DNA of 64,000 nt from assembly GCA_043805415.1 (NCBI GenBank), contig JAZDHZ010000034.1, positions 101,478 through 165,477 on the forward strand, written 5' to 3'. The notes under the pieces were generated by a model that searched no databases, was not told the origin of the DNA, and was given only the letters and a program-made list of their open reading frames with translations. Position 1 is the first letter of the stretch. Each line of letters begins with the position of its first letter. Position numbers and translations under genes: made by a program. The DNA is from Candidatus Omnitrophota bacterium (GTDB taxonomy: Bacteria > Omnitrophota > Gorgyraeia > B26-G9). Positions 9,201 through 17,668 of this stretch are shown here, in pieces.

Positions 9201-11184
9201 GAATCCTGATTTGGCGCAGGCCCTGCGGCAGGCATTAAAAAATTATCAGGTAGAATATGCCGGTAATGATGAGGAAAAAATCATTAATCCCAGCGGACTG
9301 GATAAAGATTTATTATATGCGAATGTGAATTTAATCCGCGAAAAATTACTTAACCTTGATTACCAACAGTTAATCAAGGAAAATTATCCTGCTTTGAATA
9401 ATAAACTTATTGCTGAGTATATGAACAGGTCGGGATGGTATTCCGCGGCAGTGCCAAATAAAATAGCGCAGACTTTGCTTAATATCGCGGTTTTACCTGG
9501 AAATCCAGAGTCTGTTATGGAAAGTCTTACCACTATTCTTGGCCACGACAACACTATTAGCGGGGAAAAGCGGGTATTATTAGATCAGGCGTTTGCCAAT
9601 GCCGCCGCGATTGCTCATGACTCGGTATTTAGAAAAGGAGATTTGTTTGTCTTAAACAAGTTTAATGATCCTGAAGCTAATCAGAAGGTGCTGTCTTTTG
9701 CCCGGTATATGGGAAATGGCAGAAAGGCGATGGTAATCAGTAATTTCAATGACTCGCGCATTAACGGAACCCTTTTGCTCAATCAGCATAATTTTGACAA
9801 AATATTTAATATCTCCAGCACTCCAGGCAGTTATTATGCTTTGATTGACAGGGTAAGCGGAGAAATATACCTGCGTGAAGGAAAAGATTTGATCGCGCAT
9901 GGTTTGTATTTTGATCTTCCGGCTCAGTCCACGCATGTTTTTATGGTTCAGAGTTTACAGGATAATACAGCCAATGTTTTGCGGTCTAAATGTAATTATT
10001 ATAATGGCAAATCTCTGCCGCTGGAAGAAATTCTTTCGCTATTAAATAATTTTGGGCTGACTTTGGATTTTCCCTGTGTGGGAAAAACAGCGCGGGCTTT
10101 TGTTCTCCAGGGTCTTTTAAACAATGTTCCGGCAAATCAATTGATCCAGGCTTTTAAAAACAATCCGGAAATCAAGATAATCGAATTTGGGTTAAACCCG
10201 GCGGAAATCGCCGCTGAGATTAGCAAATTAGCGCAAGAGTATCAAGCTGATAAGCAAGTTCAGGCTTTATGCCAGGGCCTGCGGTTTTTAAATCAAAGAG
10301 GAGCATTAAATGAAATAAATCTTGTCCTGGTTTTAAATCAGGACAAAACATCAGTTGAGGCTGTTCAGTATTTTGATCATGGTTCAAAAAGCAGGAAAAG
10401 TTATTTGTATGTTAATTTGTCGCGGCTGAATCTGGATTCAAATAATAATTCTGAAACTAAACTTTCCGCCGCGTTAATAATCGGCGCGCGGATATCACGC
10501 CAAGGGTCGATCGCGGATTATGAATTAAGCCGAACCCTTAAAGCATTTTTAGCGCTTTGGGCGCGAGACGACGCGACTTTGCCAGGGTTAATCGACAGTG
10601 AACACAAAAGGATAAAAGGCATGTTGGAATATCTTGAAACAAATCTTAATTCAGTAATAGATGAATGGAAGCTGCCGTTTCATTATAACCTGGGACATGA
10701 TACGCTGTTAAGCCACTCTTTAAGGCGCGTAGTCATGGATTTGTTTTTAAAACAAAATACTGATAATCAAGTCAGTTTAGCCACTGTGCATAATTTTGCT
10801 TATTTCTTGGCGTATTATTTGGCTGATTCCGGACAGGCAGATAAGCTTCGCGATATTTTGCTTCAAGGATTTTCTGGAAAAAAAGCATCTTTTTATGAAC
10901 AATATTTTCTTACCAGCTTTATCTCCGGAGCACTGGTTTTAAGGGACAGCAGCATAGACGCGATTTTTATTGATTTACTGGAAAATCCTTTGCCGCAAAC
11001 GGATCTTGCCTTGCGGGAAAAAATTATAAAAACAATGTGCGGTCTAAACCGTTTTGATTTAAAATTAAACAAAATCTCAGTCAAAGAGTTGGGGGCGGTT
11101 CTCCAATCCGGCAAAGCTATTGAATCACTTCCTGAGGCAACAGTCGCGATCAGGCAGTATCAGGCGATTGGACAGGCGATTTAA
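6256..11184 (+). CDS. malQ: Giant (1642 aa) secreted protein: complete GH77 4-alpha-glucanotransferase (amylomaltase) domain fused to a ~800-aa C-terminal extension of unknown function; member of the N-terminal-leader giant family
   Basis: GH77 signatures in order: IEGDIPFYVSTISCETWV (amylomaltase GDLPIYVA), SGAPPDQYDREYGQNWGGTPYY, DGIRIDHFRALNDFW (GGFRIDHFRGF), SGTHDTQTWFGAW (TGTHDNDT), PMQDIF...RINVPGRPGDWGYR (PMQD...MNIPGT). Leader MFFRKRNSYRVKITTFIILQCFIIINSQSIFAQ then STLSPHLSI. AGGAG RBS. Confidence 0.8.
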   Translation: MFFRKRNSYRVKITTFIILQCFIIINSQSIFAQEQRIVLSRQQTSTLSPHLSIGMNLIQAIFSEKSQQPIAASNLPGTLISLRDTGSIKELLSGKDVFLNDLWARKTLGVPTAISSLRSEDNNFDLWDWGKGDMGESSRQHILWLAKNGFSRWMRLPNRKTRALFGDPSPYASRSAFAGEDSDIAVPEVEEFINSKQAQAWYEQNKNRIKDLHNANRVNGMEVARLKNEALWLAMEYFKENHLNKNTSRGKAFDSFLNDKDNDWVSEYAEYMAISEYYWDTKKAVFFEINEDIWSNIDQKLKGLVHDLNVAISTDKIKDVGRLYEMIDDFFAQYYQNSIVANETDIFRLNIYQSLLDKIKQGILKDLVRGNIKSLVEADEPECAKILLDGYERSKQAFRYDIKDAIGQECMADWRNWDNAGLVERDPIVLAQFREKLEDKILFHKYAQFIFNEQEKNMKEFANSNGIAIEGDIPFYVSTISCETWVYKDKIFRLDPKNRYQQMADSGAPPDQYDREYGQNWGGTPYYINAAFKQFFYKRTKHELKNADGIRIDHFRALNDFWVIPHGKLGRDGKFEDGPKDELLQPLLNLALGQFKRFFAEDLGSYLEGVWDLMRDNEVKGFRVAIFGHGDDDDIVHRQYSGQIAFSGTHDTQTWFGAWNQWDSVKRRIFLDRFTHDDIPEIWQRLTSEQRKGFLKYLNYLVKQLKADTANINKHSEFQSESKDFFTENNFKTQLKKVRVITRSLVDLEELPFGVQTAVFGILAFSEADTVFLPMQDIFRQGEEFRINVPGRPGDWGYRHPYTGQELNKAINEEIKKADELMRLLAQTSGRDVSVPLYKKGQGVHILGVSPGVNAKKMCKPGEEFIIWAAVQGDKPAKVNLLTNMPEHNGAYPKEQAVAMELVKELKSGTYLYGVRIRATQPGKWGVAVEADNVRAGEVKENTSLVVSALDKIAPLAKEQEAVLRIAAGISKEKLQRILNELNPDLAQALRQALKNYQVEYAGNDEEKIINPSGLDKDLLYANVNLIREKLLNLDYQQLIKENYPALNNKLIAEYMNRSGWYSAAVPNKIAQTLLNIAVLPGNPESVMESLTTILGHDNTISGEKRVLLDQAFANAAAIAHDSVFRKGDLFVLNKFNDPEANQKVLSFARYMGNGRKAMVISNFNDSRINGTLLLNQHNFDKIFNISSTPGSYYALIDRVSGEIYLREGKDLIAHGLYFDLPAQSTHVFMVQSLQDNTANVLRSKCNYYNGKSLPLEEILSLLNNFGLTLDFPCVGKTARAFVLQGLLNNVPANQLIQAFKNNPEIKIIEFGLNPAEIAAEISKLAQEYQADKQVQALCQGLRFLNQRGALNEINLVLVLNQDKTSVEAVQYFDHGSKSRKSYLYVNLSRLNLDSNNNSETKLSAALIIGARISRQGSIADYELSRTLKAFLALWARDDATLPGLIDSEHKRIKGMLEYLETNLNSVIDEWKLPFHYNLGHDTLLSHSLRRVVMDLFLKQNTDNQVSLATVHNFAYFLAYYLADSGQADKLRDILLQGFSGKKASFYEQYFLTSFISGALVLRDSSIDAIFIDLLENPLPQTDLALREKIIKTMCGLNRFDLKLNKISVKELGAVLQSGKAIESLPEATVAIRQYQAIGQAI

Positions 11185-11185
11185 T

Positions 11186-14100
11186 ATGTCAGGAATTTTT
11201 AAAACTAAAATTTTAAATAGATTTCTCTGTCTGGTTATTTTGCAGATATTTCTTGTTTCCAATTTTTCCTGGGCCGCGGATGATTTGCGCGCGAATGATT
11301 TAGTTTATTCCAGCGCAACGCTTTCTCCTTCGCTTCAAATCAGCGCTGATGCGCTAAAACAATATTTTGCCCAATCCTTTGATTTAAAAACCGCGGCAAA
11401 TATAGATCCGGTTATAAAAGATATTTGCTTAGAGCTGTATAAGGCCAAGGATAAAACCACAAAAATAGAAGTTCTGGCCCTTGAGCAAGGCTATAGAGTA
11501 AAGATCAGGACTCAGAGCAATACGCCGCTTGTTTTACATTGGGGGTTTAATAATTGGCAAAAGCCTTTTAAGGAAATCTGGCCCCAGGCAGAGAATATCC
11601 GCACTTATTTTGATGAGCAGACCAAAGCAATGCGGACCATAGTCGAGGCTTCAGCTGAGGGAGATTATGTTTTTAATATTGATATCCCCTGGGAATTAGT
11701 TTCAGGAATAAACAATATTGATTTCACCTTCTTTTGCCCAGAAACCAAAGAATATAAGAAAGCAATTGAAAATAAGGATTATGTTGTGCCGGTTTCTAAT
11801 GTCTTGAACCTGGCCTTGGCGCGCTTGGCTGAAAATGCCGGGGCAGATGATCCTGAAAAAAAGCACGATCTGCTTAATTTGATAAACAAAAGGCTGGCTG
11901 CGGCCAAAGATTCAGCGGAAATAGATGAAAACAATATTCCTTTGTTTTATGACGCGCATGAAAATATTATTACCCAGATTGTGAAAAACAAAGCAGGAAT
12001 CAGAATTGATTTCTGGGTTGTAAGTAATGAGCCGCTGGTTTTACATTGGGGAATAAATGATTGGCAGTTGCCGCCAAAAAGCATTTGGCCGGACCGGACA
12101 TTATATAAAACCCGGGCTTATGAAAAAAAAGCAGTGCAAACTCAGATGCATTTGGCTTCTAAAGACGGTTTGTACCAGACCTCGATTTACATCCCTAACC
12201 AGAATTTAAAAGAAGTTAAAAACATCAAGTACAATGTACATTATCCAAATAATGGGTATTGGGATAATAATAATGAAGAGGATTATAGTTTATCGCTGCA
12301 AGCCCAGGATCTTATAGCCGCTTTGCTGCCTTACGCGACAGGCAGATTCGCTGCCCACATAAACGCCAAACAAGCTCGCGGCTTGTTAAAGAACATGGCG
12401 TTTTTCTACGCTGAGAATATGAATTACACTGATTTGTTAAAGCTTTTTCAGGGGATGGAAGGCATTGCCCCTGGGGATGATCTTGAAAAAAAAGATGTTT
12501 TGGGATTAATCCTTATTGCCAAATTAATGAACGAAGGCGCGGTTTGGGATAGTGACAAAGCTAAGATTATTATCAGTAAACAAAAGATCAGCGCCGCGAT
12601 AGCGGAGTTGATTGATAAACTTGACCCCTTAAGTGTGCAGTGGGCATTATATATATTCGGACTGCTTGACCCTTCCTGGGTCTCAATCCTTACGCATCAG
12701 CTTGATTATAAGCAGATATACCAGGATGTGCAAAACAGCAAGATCAAAGACCTGCCGAAATTTATCCAAGGGATAATCAACAGTTATGATGATTTGGAAG
12801 GAGCGCCGCAGGTTCTTTCCGCTGAGAGTATTGATGAAACCTGCCTGATCATAAAATTGAAATTCAATGATCAGATCATCAGTACAAAATGGGGCTATCC
12901 GACAAAACAGCAAAAGTATTATTATCAAAATGGGATTTTTGAACTAAGAGATTTCGGGGGAAATGAATTTTCGCCGGTAGGCCGTAAGCTTTCGCGTTAT
13001 GTGGATAAAGAAGTGATAAAAACCCAGATCTCCAGGCTGCGTGGCAAAGGCAAAAAGGCGATTGTTGACGGAATTTCCTGGCAGTCTCCGGAAGCGCTTA
13101 ATTCGGATAATTATATGTATTATCATCATAGTCTGCTGGAAAAAGACGCGGATGTCAGGAATTTATTGCTTTCCCGTGGTTCTTCCACGATCTTAGAACT
13201 TCCGGACGGGAAAAAAGCCTGGGTATTTCATCGGCCTGATTCATCAGATCAGCTTTCGCCTAATCTTAAATTCGGAACAAAGGCAGCGGAATACTGGAGA
13301 AATTATTGGCTGGAGTATTATAAATATTTTATCAATGAATTTGACGTGGATGGATTCAGGGTGGATTTACCCGGAGAGTTGAATCATCATGGAGATTATT
13401 CGGTATTTAAGAGTGTTTGTTTTGATATAGTGCGGTACGCGGCGGCAAAAGGCAAAAAAATATATTTTATTTTAGAAACATATCATGGGTACGCGAATAT
13501 CTGGGGCTGGGATGAGTTTTCCGCGTTAAATCATGATCCGCAGATAGCGCAATACGGCTATAAACCTTTCCGCTGTTATTATAAGCCGGTAATGACCAGT
13601 ATTTACCGCGGCAGCGCGTTTGATCTAAGAGCTGCTTTTGAACGCATAGCCGGCAGTGTTCAGGAATTGGTTATTTCAATTACTAATTTTGACGAGAAAA
13701 AAGCCGAGGATATTATTCCTGAAAAACAAAGGCTTAAGCGTTATATGGAGCTTTTGTATAATTTTGCCCGCGCGGGATTTGATGTAATGATTTATTTACG
13801 GGATTTAGGTCTGGGCGATATTTTGCCGATGTGCGGCGGAGATCGGGTTCTCTGGGGCGGAAAGCTGAGGGTTGTGGCGCATAAGCCGGCTACTCCGCGT
13901 CAGTTTCGGCAGAGATTGGAGCAAAGCACAGGCGATTTGCTTGAACAATCTCCTTTATATCAGGCGTTTAAAAAATCGCCGCAAAGCCCCTTATCGCGGC
14001 TGTTCTTCCGCGGCAATAAGTTAGTTTTTTATCAGCCGGGAAAAACTCCGGAAGTGTTTGATCTGGATAAGATGGCTAAGCCTGCTCCACCGGTAAAAGT

Positions 14101-15142
14101 TATGGACAGTGAGGAGGATATAAATATTTGGCTGCAGCAGCAGGTTTATTCATTAACAAATAATGAGCCGCAAACCCAAGCCTTAAGAGAAATTGAAAAT
14201 ACTTTAAAACGATTTAAGCATAGTGCAAGTGCAATGGCGGGAAAAGCTGTTTTGGCTCTGGTCTGTTCTGAGACTAAGAATTTCGCGGTTTGGGATCAGG
14301 CAAAAGGCCAAACTCAATGCCTGCGCATGCCGGTAAATAAAGTATTGGCCATAAAAAATGACCATGCTTTTGTTGTGGATATTAAACAAGCTGGCAAAAG
14401 CGAATCCCGCAGAATCCCGGCGCTGCAAATCAAGCAAAGCGGCAAATATTTGGCAATGGTTTTTGGCTTGGCTCCGGGTAAATACAGGTTTAATTTTTTG
14501 TGGCAGGAAAAACATGAAAACCAGGGCTGGGAAGAAGGCAATGGCTATGAGCTTGAAGTCAGTTCTCCGAAGACCGGGCAACCAGAGCTGGCGGTCTATA
14601 TCCCGCGTTTATCCGCTGAATATTTAAGGGATTGGGATGAAATGTTTTATCAGGCAAAAGATGCTGGCCGCAATCTGCTGACCGGAGATATGCTTACAAA
14701 GGGAATGCTTGAAAATATAGAATCCTCGATTGATTTTACCCTGCGTTATGAGTATGGCCGGGAGATTTTAGAACAAATTAAAGACAAAAAGAAAAAGCAG
14801 GTTTTCAATATTTTATATAATCAAATTTCGCAAAACCCGCGAGGCCGATACAGTTTACTGCATCATCACCATGAAAAAGATTTTTTTAAATTAGCGGAAA
14901 CTGTGCTTGAGAGTATCCCGGGTTTAGCAAGACCAGAGGCAGCCCCAATATGGCAATATTTGGACGCGCTCAAACAAGCGGATAATCCTGACCAAGGAGA
15001 ACAAAGCCAAATAGCCGTAAATATAAAACTGCTTGGTTTTATGTCTGGTTTGTTCGCGCAGATCGAAGCCCTGTCCGCGGCTAAACCCCTTGAGCTTTGG
15101 CTTAATATTGAAGCGGAGTTTTTGATTGGACAGGCAATATAG
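11186..15142 (+). CDS. Giant (~1319 aa) secreted alpha-glucan-active protein: two CBM25-like starch-binding modules plus a GH13-like catalytic signature; N-terminal-leader giant family
   Basis: ATG 1 nt after the upstream TAA (coupled). Leader MSGIFKTKILNRFLCLVILQIFLVSNFSWA then ATLSPSLQI. Repeated LVLHWGFNNWQKP / LVLHWGINDWQLPP (CBM25-type HWGxNxW). DVDGFRVDLPGE (GH13 region II GFRxD), ILETYHG (region III Glu) and ALNHDPQ (region IV NHD). The GH13 assignment is tentative. Confidence 0.6.
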   Translation: MSGIFKTKILNRFLCLVILQIFLVSNFSWAADDLRANDLVYSSATLSPSLQISADALKQYFAQSFDLKTAANIDPVIKDICLELYKAKDKTTKIEVLALEQGYRVKIRTQSNTPLVLHWGFNNWQKPFKEIWPQAENIRTYFDEQTKAMRTIVEASAEGDYVFNIDIPWELVSGINNIDFTFFCPETKEYKKAIENKDYVVPVSNVLNLALARLAENAGADDPEKKHDLLNLINKRLAAAKDSAEIDENNIPLFYDAHENIITQIVKNKAGIRIDFWVVSNEPLVLHWGINDWQLPPKSIWPDRTLYKTRAYEKKAVQTQMHLASKDGLYQTSIYIPNQNLKEVKNIKYNVHYPNNGYWDNNNEEDYSLSLQAQDLIAALLPYATGRFAAHINAKQARGLLKNMAFFYAENMNYTDLLKLFQGMEGIAPGDDLEKKDVLGLILIAKLMNEGAVWDSDKAKIIISKQKISAAIAELIDKLDPLSVQWALYIFGLLDPSWVSILTHQLDYKQIYQDVQNSKIKDLPKFIQGIINSYDDLEGAPQVLSAESIDETCLIIKLKFNDQIISTKWGYPTKQQKYYYQNGIFELRDFGGNEFSPVGRKLSRYVDKEVIKTQISRLRGKGKKAIVDGISWQSPEALNSDNYMYYHHSLLEKDADVRNLLLSRGSSTILELPDGKKAWVFHRPDSSDQLSPNLKFGTKAAEYWRNYWLEYYKYFINEFDVDGFRVDLPGELNHHGDYSVFKSVCFDIVRYAAAKGKKIYFILETYHGYANIWGWDEFSALNHDPQIAQYGYKPFRCYYKPVMTSIYRGSAFDLRAAFERIAGSVQELVISITNFDEKKAEDIIPEKQRLKRYMELLYNFARAGFDVMIYLRDLGLGDILPMCGGDRVLWGGKLRVVAHKPATPRQFRQRLEQSTGDLLEQSPLYQAFKKSPQSPLSRLFFRGNKLVFYQPGKTPEVFDLDKMAKPAPPVKVMDSEEDINIWLQQQVYSLTNNEPQTQALREIENTLKRFKHSASAMAGKAVLALVCSETKNFAVWDQAKGQTQCLRMPVNKVLAIKNDHAFVVDIKQAGKSESRRIPALQIKQSGKYLAMVFGLAPGKYRFNFLWQEKHENQGWEEGNGYELEVSSPKTGQPELAVYIPRLSAEYLRDWDEMFYQAKDAGRNLLTGDMLTKGMLENIESSIDFTLRYEYGREILEQIKDKKKKQVFNILYNQISQNPRGRYSLLHHHHEKDFFKLAETVLESIPGLARPEAAPIWQYLDALKQADNPDQGEQSQIAVNIKLLGFMSGLFAQIEALSAAKPLELWLNIEAEFLIGQAI

Positions 15143-15160
15143 ACTTAGGTTTGTTTTTGT

Positions 15161-15189
15161 TTGCATTCCGCGCTAGAACTATTTATAAT
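15161..15189 (+). promoter_or_regulatory. Sigma70-type promoter
   Basis: TTGCAT at 15161-15166, 17-nt spacer, TATAAT at 15184-15189. The ATG at 15197 follows closely (short or absent leader). Confidence 0.5.
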
Positions 15190-15196
15190 AGTAAAC

Positions 15197-15937
15197 ATGT
15201 CAAATTCTTCTGAGAAAAAACTGATTCCTTTTCCGATTTTAATCATCTCGATTTCCGTCGGGGTGCTGGGCGTGCTCCTGGCTTTTGATCTGCCGCCGGT
15301 GAGCGCTTATGAGCGGCAGCTGCTAAAAGACTTGATCCTGATCCTGCTATTTATAATCTTTTCCTATTTTATTCTGCGCGCACCAATTAAAAAAATCAGA
15401 GAAAAAATTTTTACAATCGTAAATAATAAGCTTTTTGATTCAAAGAAAATCACGGCCTTAATTCCCGAGGATTTTGCTCAGGAGATAGTCAAAGAAAAAG
15501 GATTCGCGTTTTGCTATCCAAAGACTTGGTTTCTTACCGCTGCCTGCGAACCTGGTTTGTATAAAGAAGCCAGAGAACAGCTGCTTGAGCCGGGGATCAG
15601 CGGAACAAGAAATTTTAATATTTCTTATCATGATATCCGGCTTGCTCCGGACCTGGAGAAAATGTTTAAAGCGATTATTAATGCCGTGCTCGAGGTTTTA
15701 AAATCCTCGAAGCTTGAGTTTAAGCAGAGCTTTAAGAATGATCAATTTCTCGGCATGCGCTATAAAGTAGTTTATCGAAATGCGCAAGGATTAGACTTGG
15801 CTTGCTACCAAGTGGTGCTTACAAACCAGCATAAGCGGAATATGCTGATCTTTACCTTTACTTCCCAGACAAATGATTTTGATAAATCAAAGCCTTTATT
15901 TGATAAAATCGCCGGTCTGGCAAAAATCTTCGATTAA
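15197..15937 (+). CDS. Hypothetical membrane protein
   Basis: ORF with two predicted TM helices near the N-terminus (ILIISISVGVLGVLLAF; LILILLFIIFSYFIL). No recognisable motifs. Confidence 0.4.
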   Translation: MSNSSEKKLIPFPILIISISVGVLGVLLAFDLPPVSAYERQLLKDLILILLFIIFSYFILRAPIKKIREKIFTIVNNKLFDSKKITALIPEDFAQEIVKEKGFAFCYPKTWFLTAACEPGLYKEAREQLLEPGISGTRNFNISYHDIRLAPDLEKMFKAIINAVLEVLKSSKLEFKQSFKNDQFLGMRYKVVYRNAQGLDLACYQVVLTNQHKRNMLIFTFTSQTNDFDKSKPLFDKIAGLAKIFD

Positions 15938-16038
15938 ATTTAAATCCGCGGGAACTTTTTGTTTAAAAATTTGTCTAACTATATACAGAGGAAATGAGCC
16001 GGATTAAGGTCAGAGTTTAAGAATTAAAGGAGGCAAAG

Positions 16039-17487
16039 ATGAAGAAAATTCTGGTTTTATTAAGCTTTTGTTTATTGGTTAATCTGAACGCGAATGCGAT
16101 TGCTTTGGCTGGCGAAGAGACAAGCACGGCTTTAGATCAAAAACAAGTGGCGATTACGATTTACAATAATAACCTGGGCTTAGTTAAAGATGTGCGGGAG
16201 ATTAAATTAAGTTCCGGCGTGCATGATCTGAAATTCATGGATGTGGCCAGTCAAATCAGGCCGGTGACAGTGAATATAAAATCATTATCCGCGCCGGATA
16301 AACTCTCTGTGCTTGAGCAGAATTATGAATATGATCTATTGAACGCGCAAAAACTTTTGGATAAATATGTGGGCAAACAGGTAAAACTATTGGATAAAAA
16401 TTATTATACCGGTAAAGAAGAAATAGTAACCGCCGAGCTTTTAAGTAATAATGGTTCGCCAATATACAAAATTAATAATGAGATCCAGGTTAATCCTTTG
16501 GGCCGGATAATTCTCCCGGAGATTCCGGATAACTTAATTGCCAAGCCCACGCTGATCTGGATGTTGAAAAACAGCAATCCCAAGCAGCAGGATATTGAAG
16601 CCTCGTATTTGACTAATGGGATTAACTGGAAGGCTGACTATATCGCGGTGATTAATCAGGATAATACAATCGCGGATTTAAGCGGCTGGGTTACGATTGA
16701 GAATAATAGCGGAGCAACATATAAAAATGCTCAGATAAAACTGGTTGCCGGAGATGTAAACCGGGTGCAGGAAGATCGGGGTTATGCTGGCCGGGCAAAG
16801 GCAAGCAGGATGATGGAACAAGACGCGGTGAAAAGCTTTGCCGAAGAAGCGTTTTTCGAATATCATTTATATACATTGCAAAGACAATCGACAATTAAAG
16901 ATAATCAAACCAAGCAGCTCGAATTATTAAAAGCAATGGATATTCCGATCAATGAAAAATTGATTTATTATGGAGCGGATTATTATTTCCGCAACCAGTA
17001 TACCGGACAGGCGCAGTCAAAGGAAAAAATCGGGGTGTTTTTGGAAATTGAAAATAAGCAGAAAAATAATTTAGGCATGCCGCTTCCGGCCGGAGTTATC
17101 CGCGCTTATAAAAAAGATAAAGAAGGCAGTCTGCAATTTATCGGAGAAGATAAAATCGATCATACTCCTAAAGATGAGAAAATCACAATTAAAATGGGCG
17201 ATGCTTTTGATGTAGTTGGAGAAAGAAAACAGCTGGAGTATCGGATTCTTTCAAAAAACGCCGCGCAGCGTTTTGATACAGAGCAGCAATGGCAGATCAA
17301 GCTGCGCAATCACAAGGAAAAACCAGTGGAAGTGGAAGTTGTTGAGCCGATTCCCGGAGACTGGCAAATAGTTAATGCTTCGGAAAAATATATTAAAACC
17401 GAAGCCAATACCATTAAATTTGTGGTAAAATTAAATAAAGATGAAGAAAAAACAATTGATTATCAAGTAAAAATCAGATACTGGTAA
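16039..17487 (+). CDS. Secreted DUF4139/DUF4140-family protein (TIGR02231-like)
   Basis: Signal peptide. N-terminal VAITIYNNNLGLVKDVREIKLSSGVHDLKF resembles the DUF4140 start (VTVY..GA.V.R). AAGGAGG RBS. Confidence 0.45.
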   Translation: MKKILVLLSFCLLVNLNANAIALAGEETSTALDQKQVAITIYNNNLGLVKDVREIKLSSGVHDLKFMDVASQIRPVTVNIKSLSAPDKLSVLEQNYEYDLLNAQKLLDKYVGKQVKLLDKNYYTGKEEIVTAELLSNNGSPIYKINNEIQVNPLGRIILPEIPDNLIAKPTLIWMLKNSNPKQQDIEASYLTNGINWKADYIAVINQDNTIADLSGWVTIENNSGATYKNAQIKLVAGDVNRVQEDRGYAGRAKASRMMEQDAVKSFAEEAFFEYHLYTLQRQSTIKDNQTKQLELLKAMDIPINEKLIYYGADYYFRNQYTGQAQSKEKIGVFLEIENKQKNNLGMPLPAGVIRAYKKDKEGSLQFIGEDKIDHTPKDEKITIKMGDAFDVVGERKQLEYRILSKNAAQRFDTEQQWQIKLRNHKEKPVEVEVVEPIPGDWQIVNASEKYIKTEANTIKFVVKLNKDEEKTIDYQVKIRYW

Positions 17488-17497
17488 GAAAACGTAG

Positions 17498-17517
17498 GGC
17501 CACGGCGTGACGTGGCC
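17498..17517 (+). terminator. GC-rich 7-bp hairpin GGCCACG-GCGTGA-CGTGGCC just after the DUF4139 gene stop; no U-tract, so possibly a protein-binding palindrome rather than an intrinsic terminator
   Basis: Perfect inverted repeat visible in the sequence; unusually GC-rich for this AT-rich window. Confidence 0.3.
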
Positions 17518-17590
17518 GTATCATTAACCATAATTATTATATCCGTACCCACCATATATTGTGTTTAAAAAGTTTTTTTTAGCAAATATG

Positions 17591-17619
17591 TTGCATATAT
17601 TGCGTTAATCTGATATAAT
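17591..17619 (+). promoter_or_regulatory. Sigma70-type promoter for smc
   Basis: TTGCAT at 17591-17596, 17-nt spacer, extended -10 TGATATAAT at 17611-17619. Confidence 0.55.
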
Positions 17620-17668
17620 TTTTCCATGCAAGGGATTGCCCCTGCTTAAGATAATATAGGGATATAAA

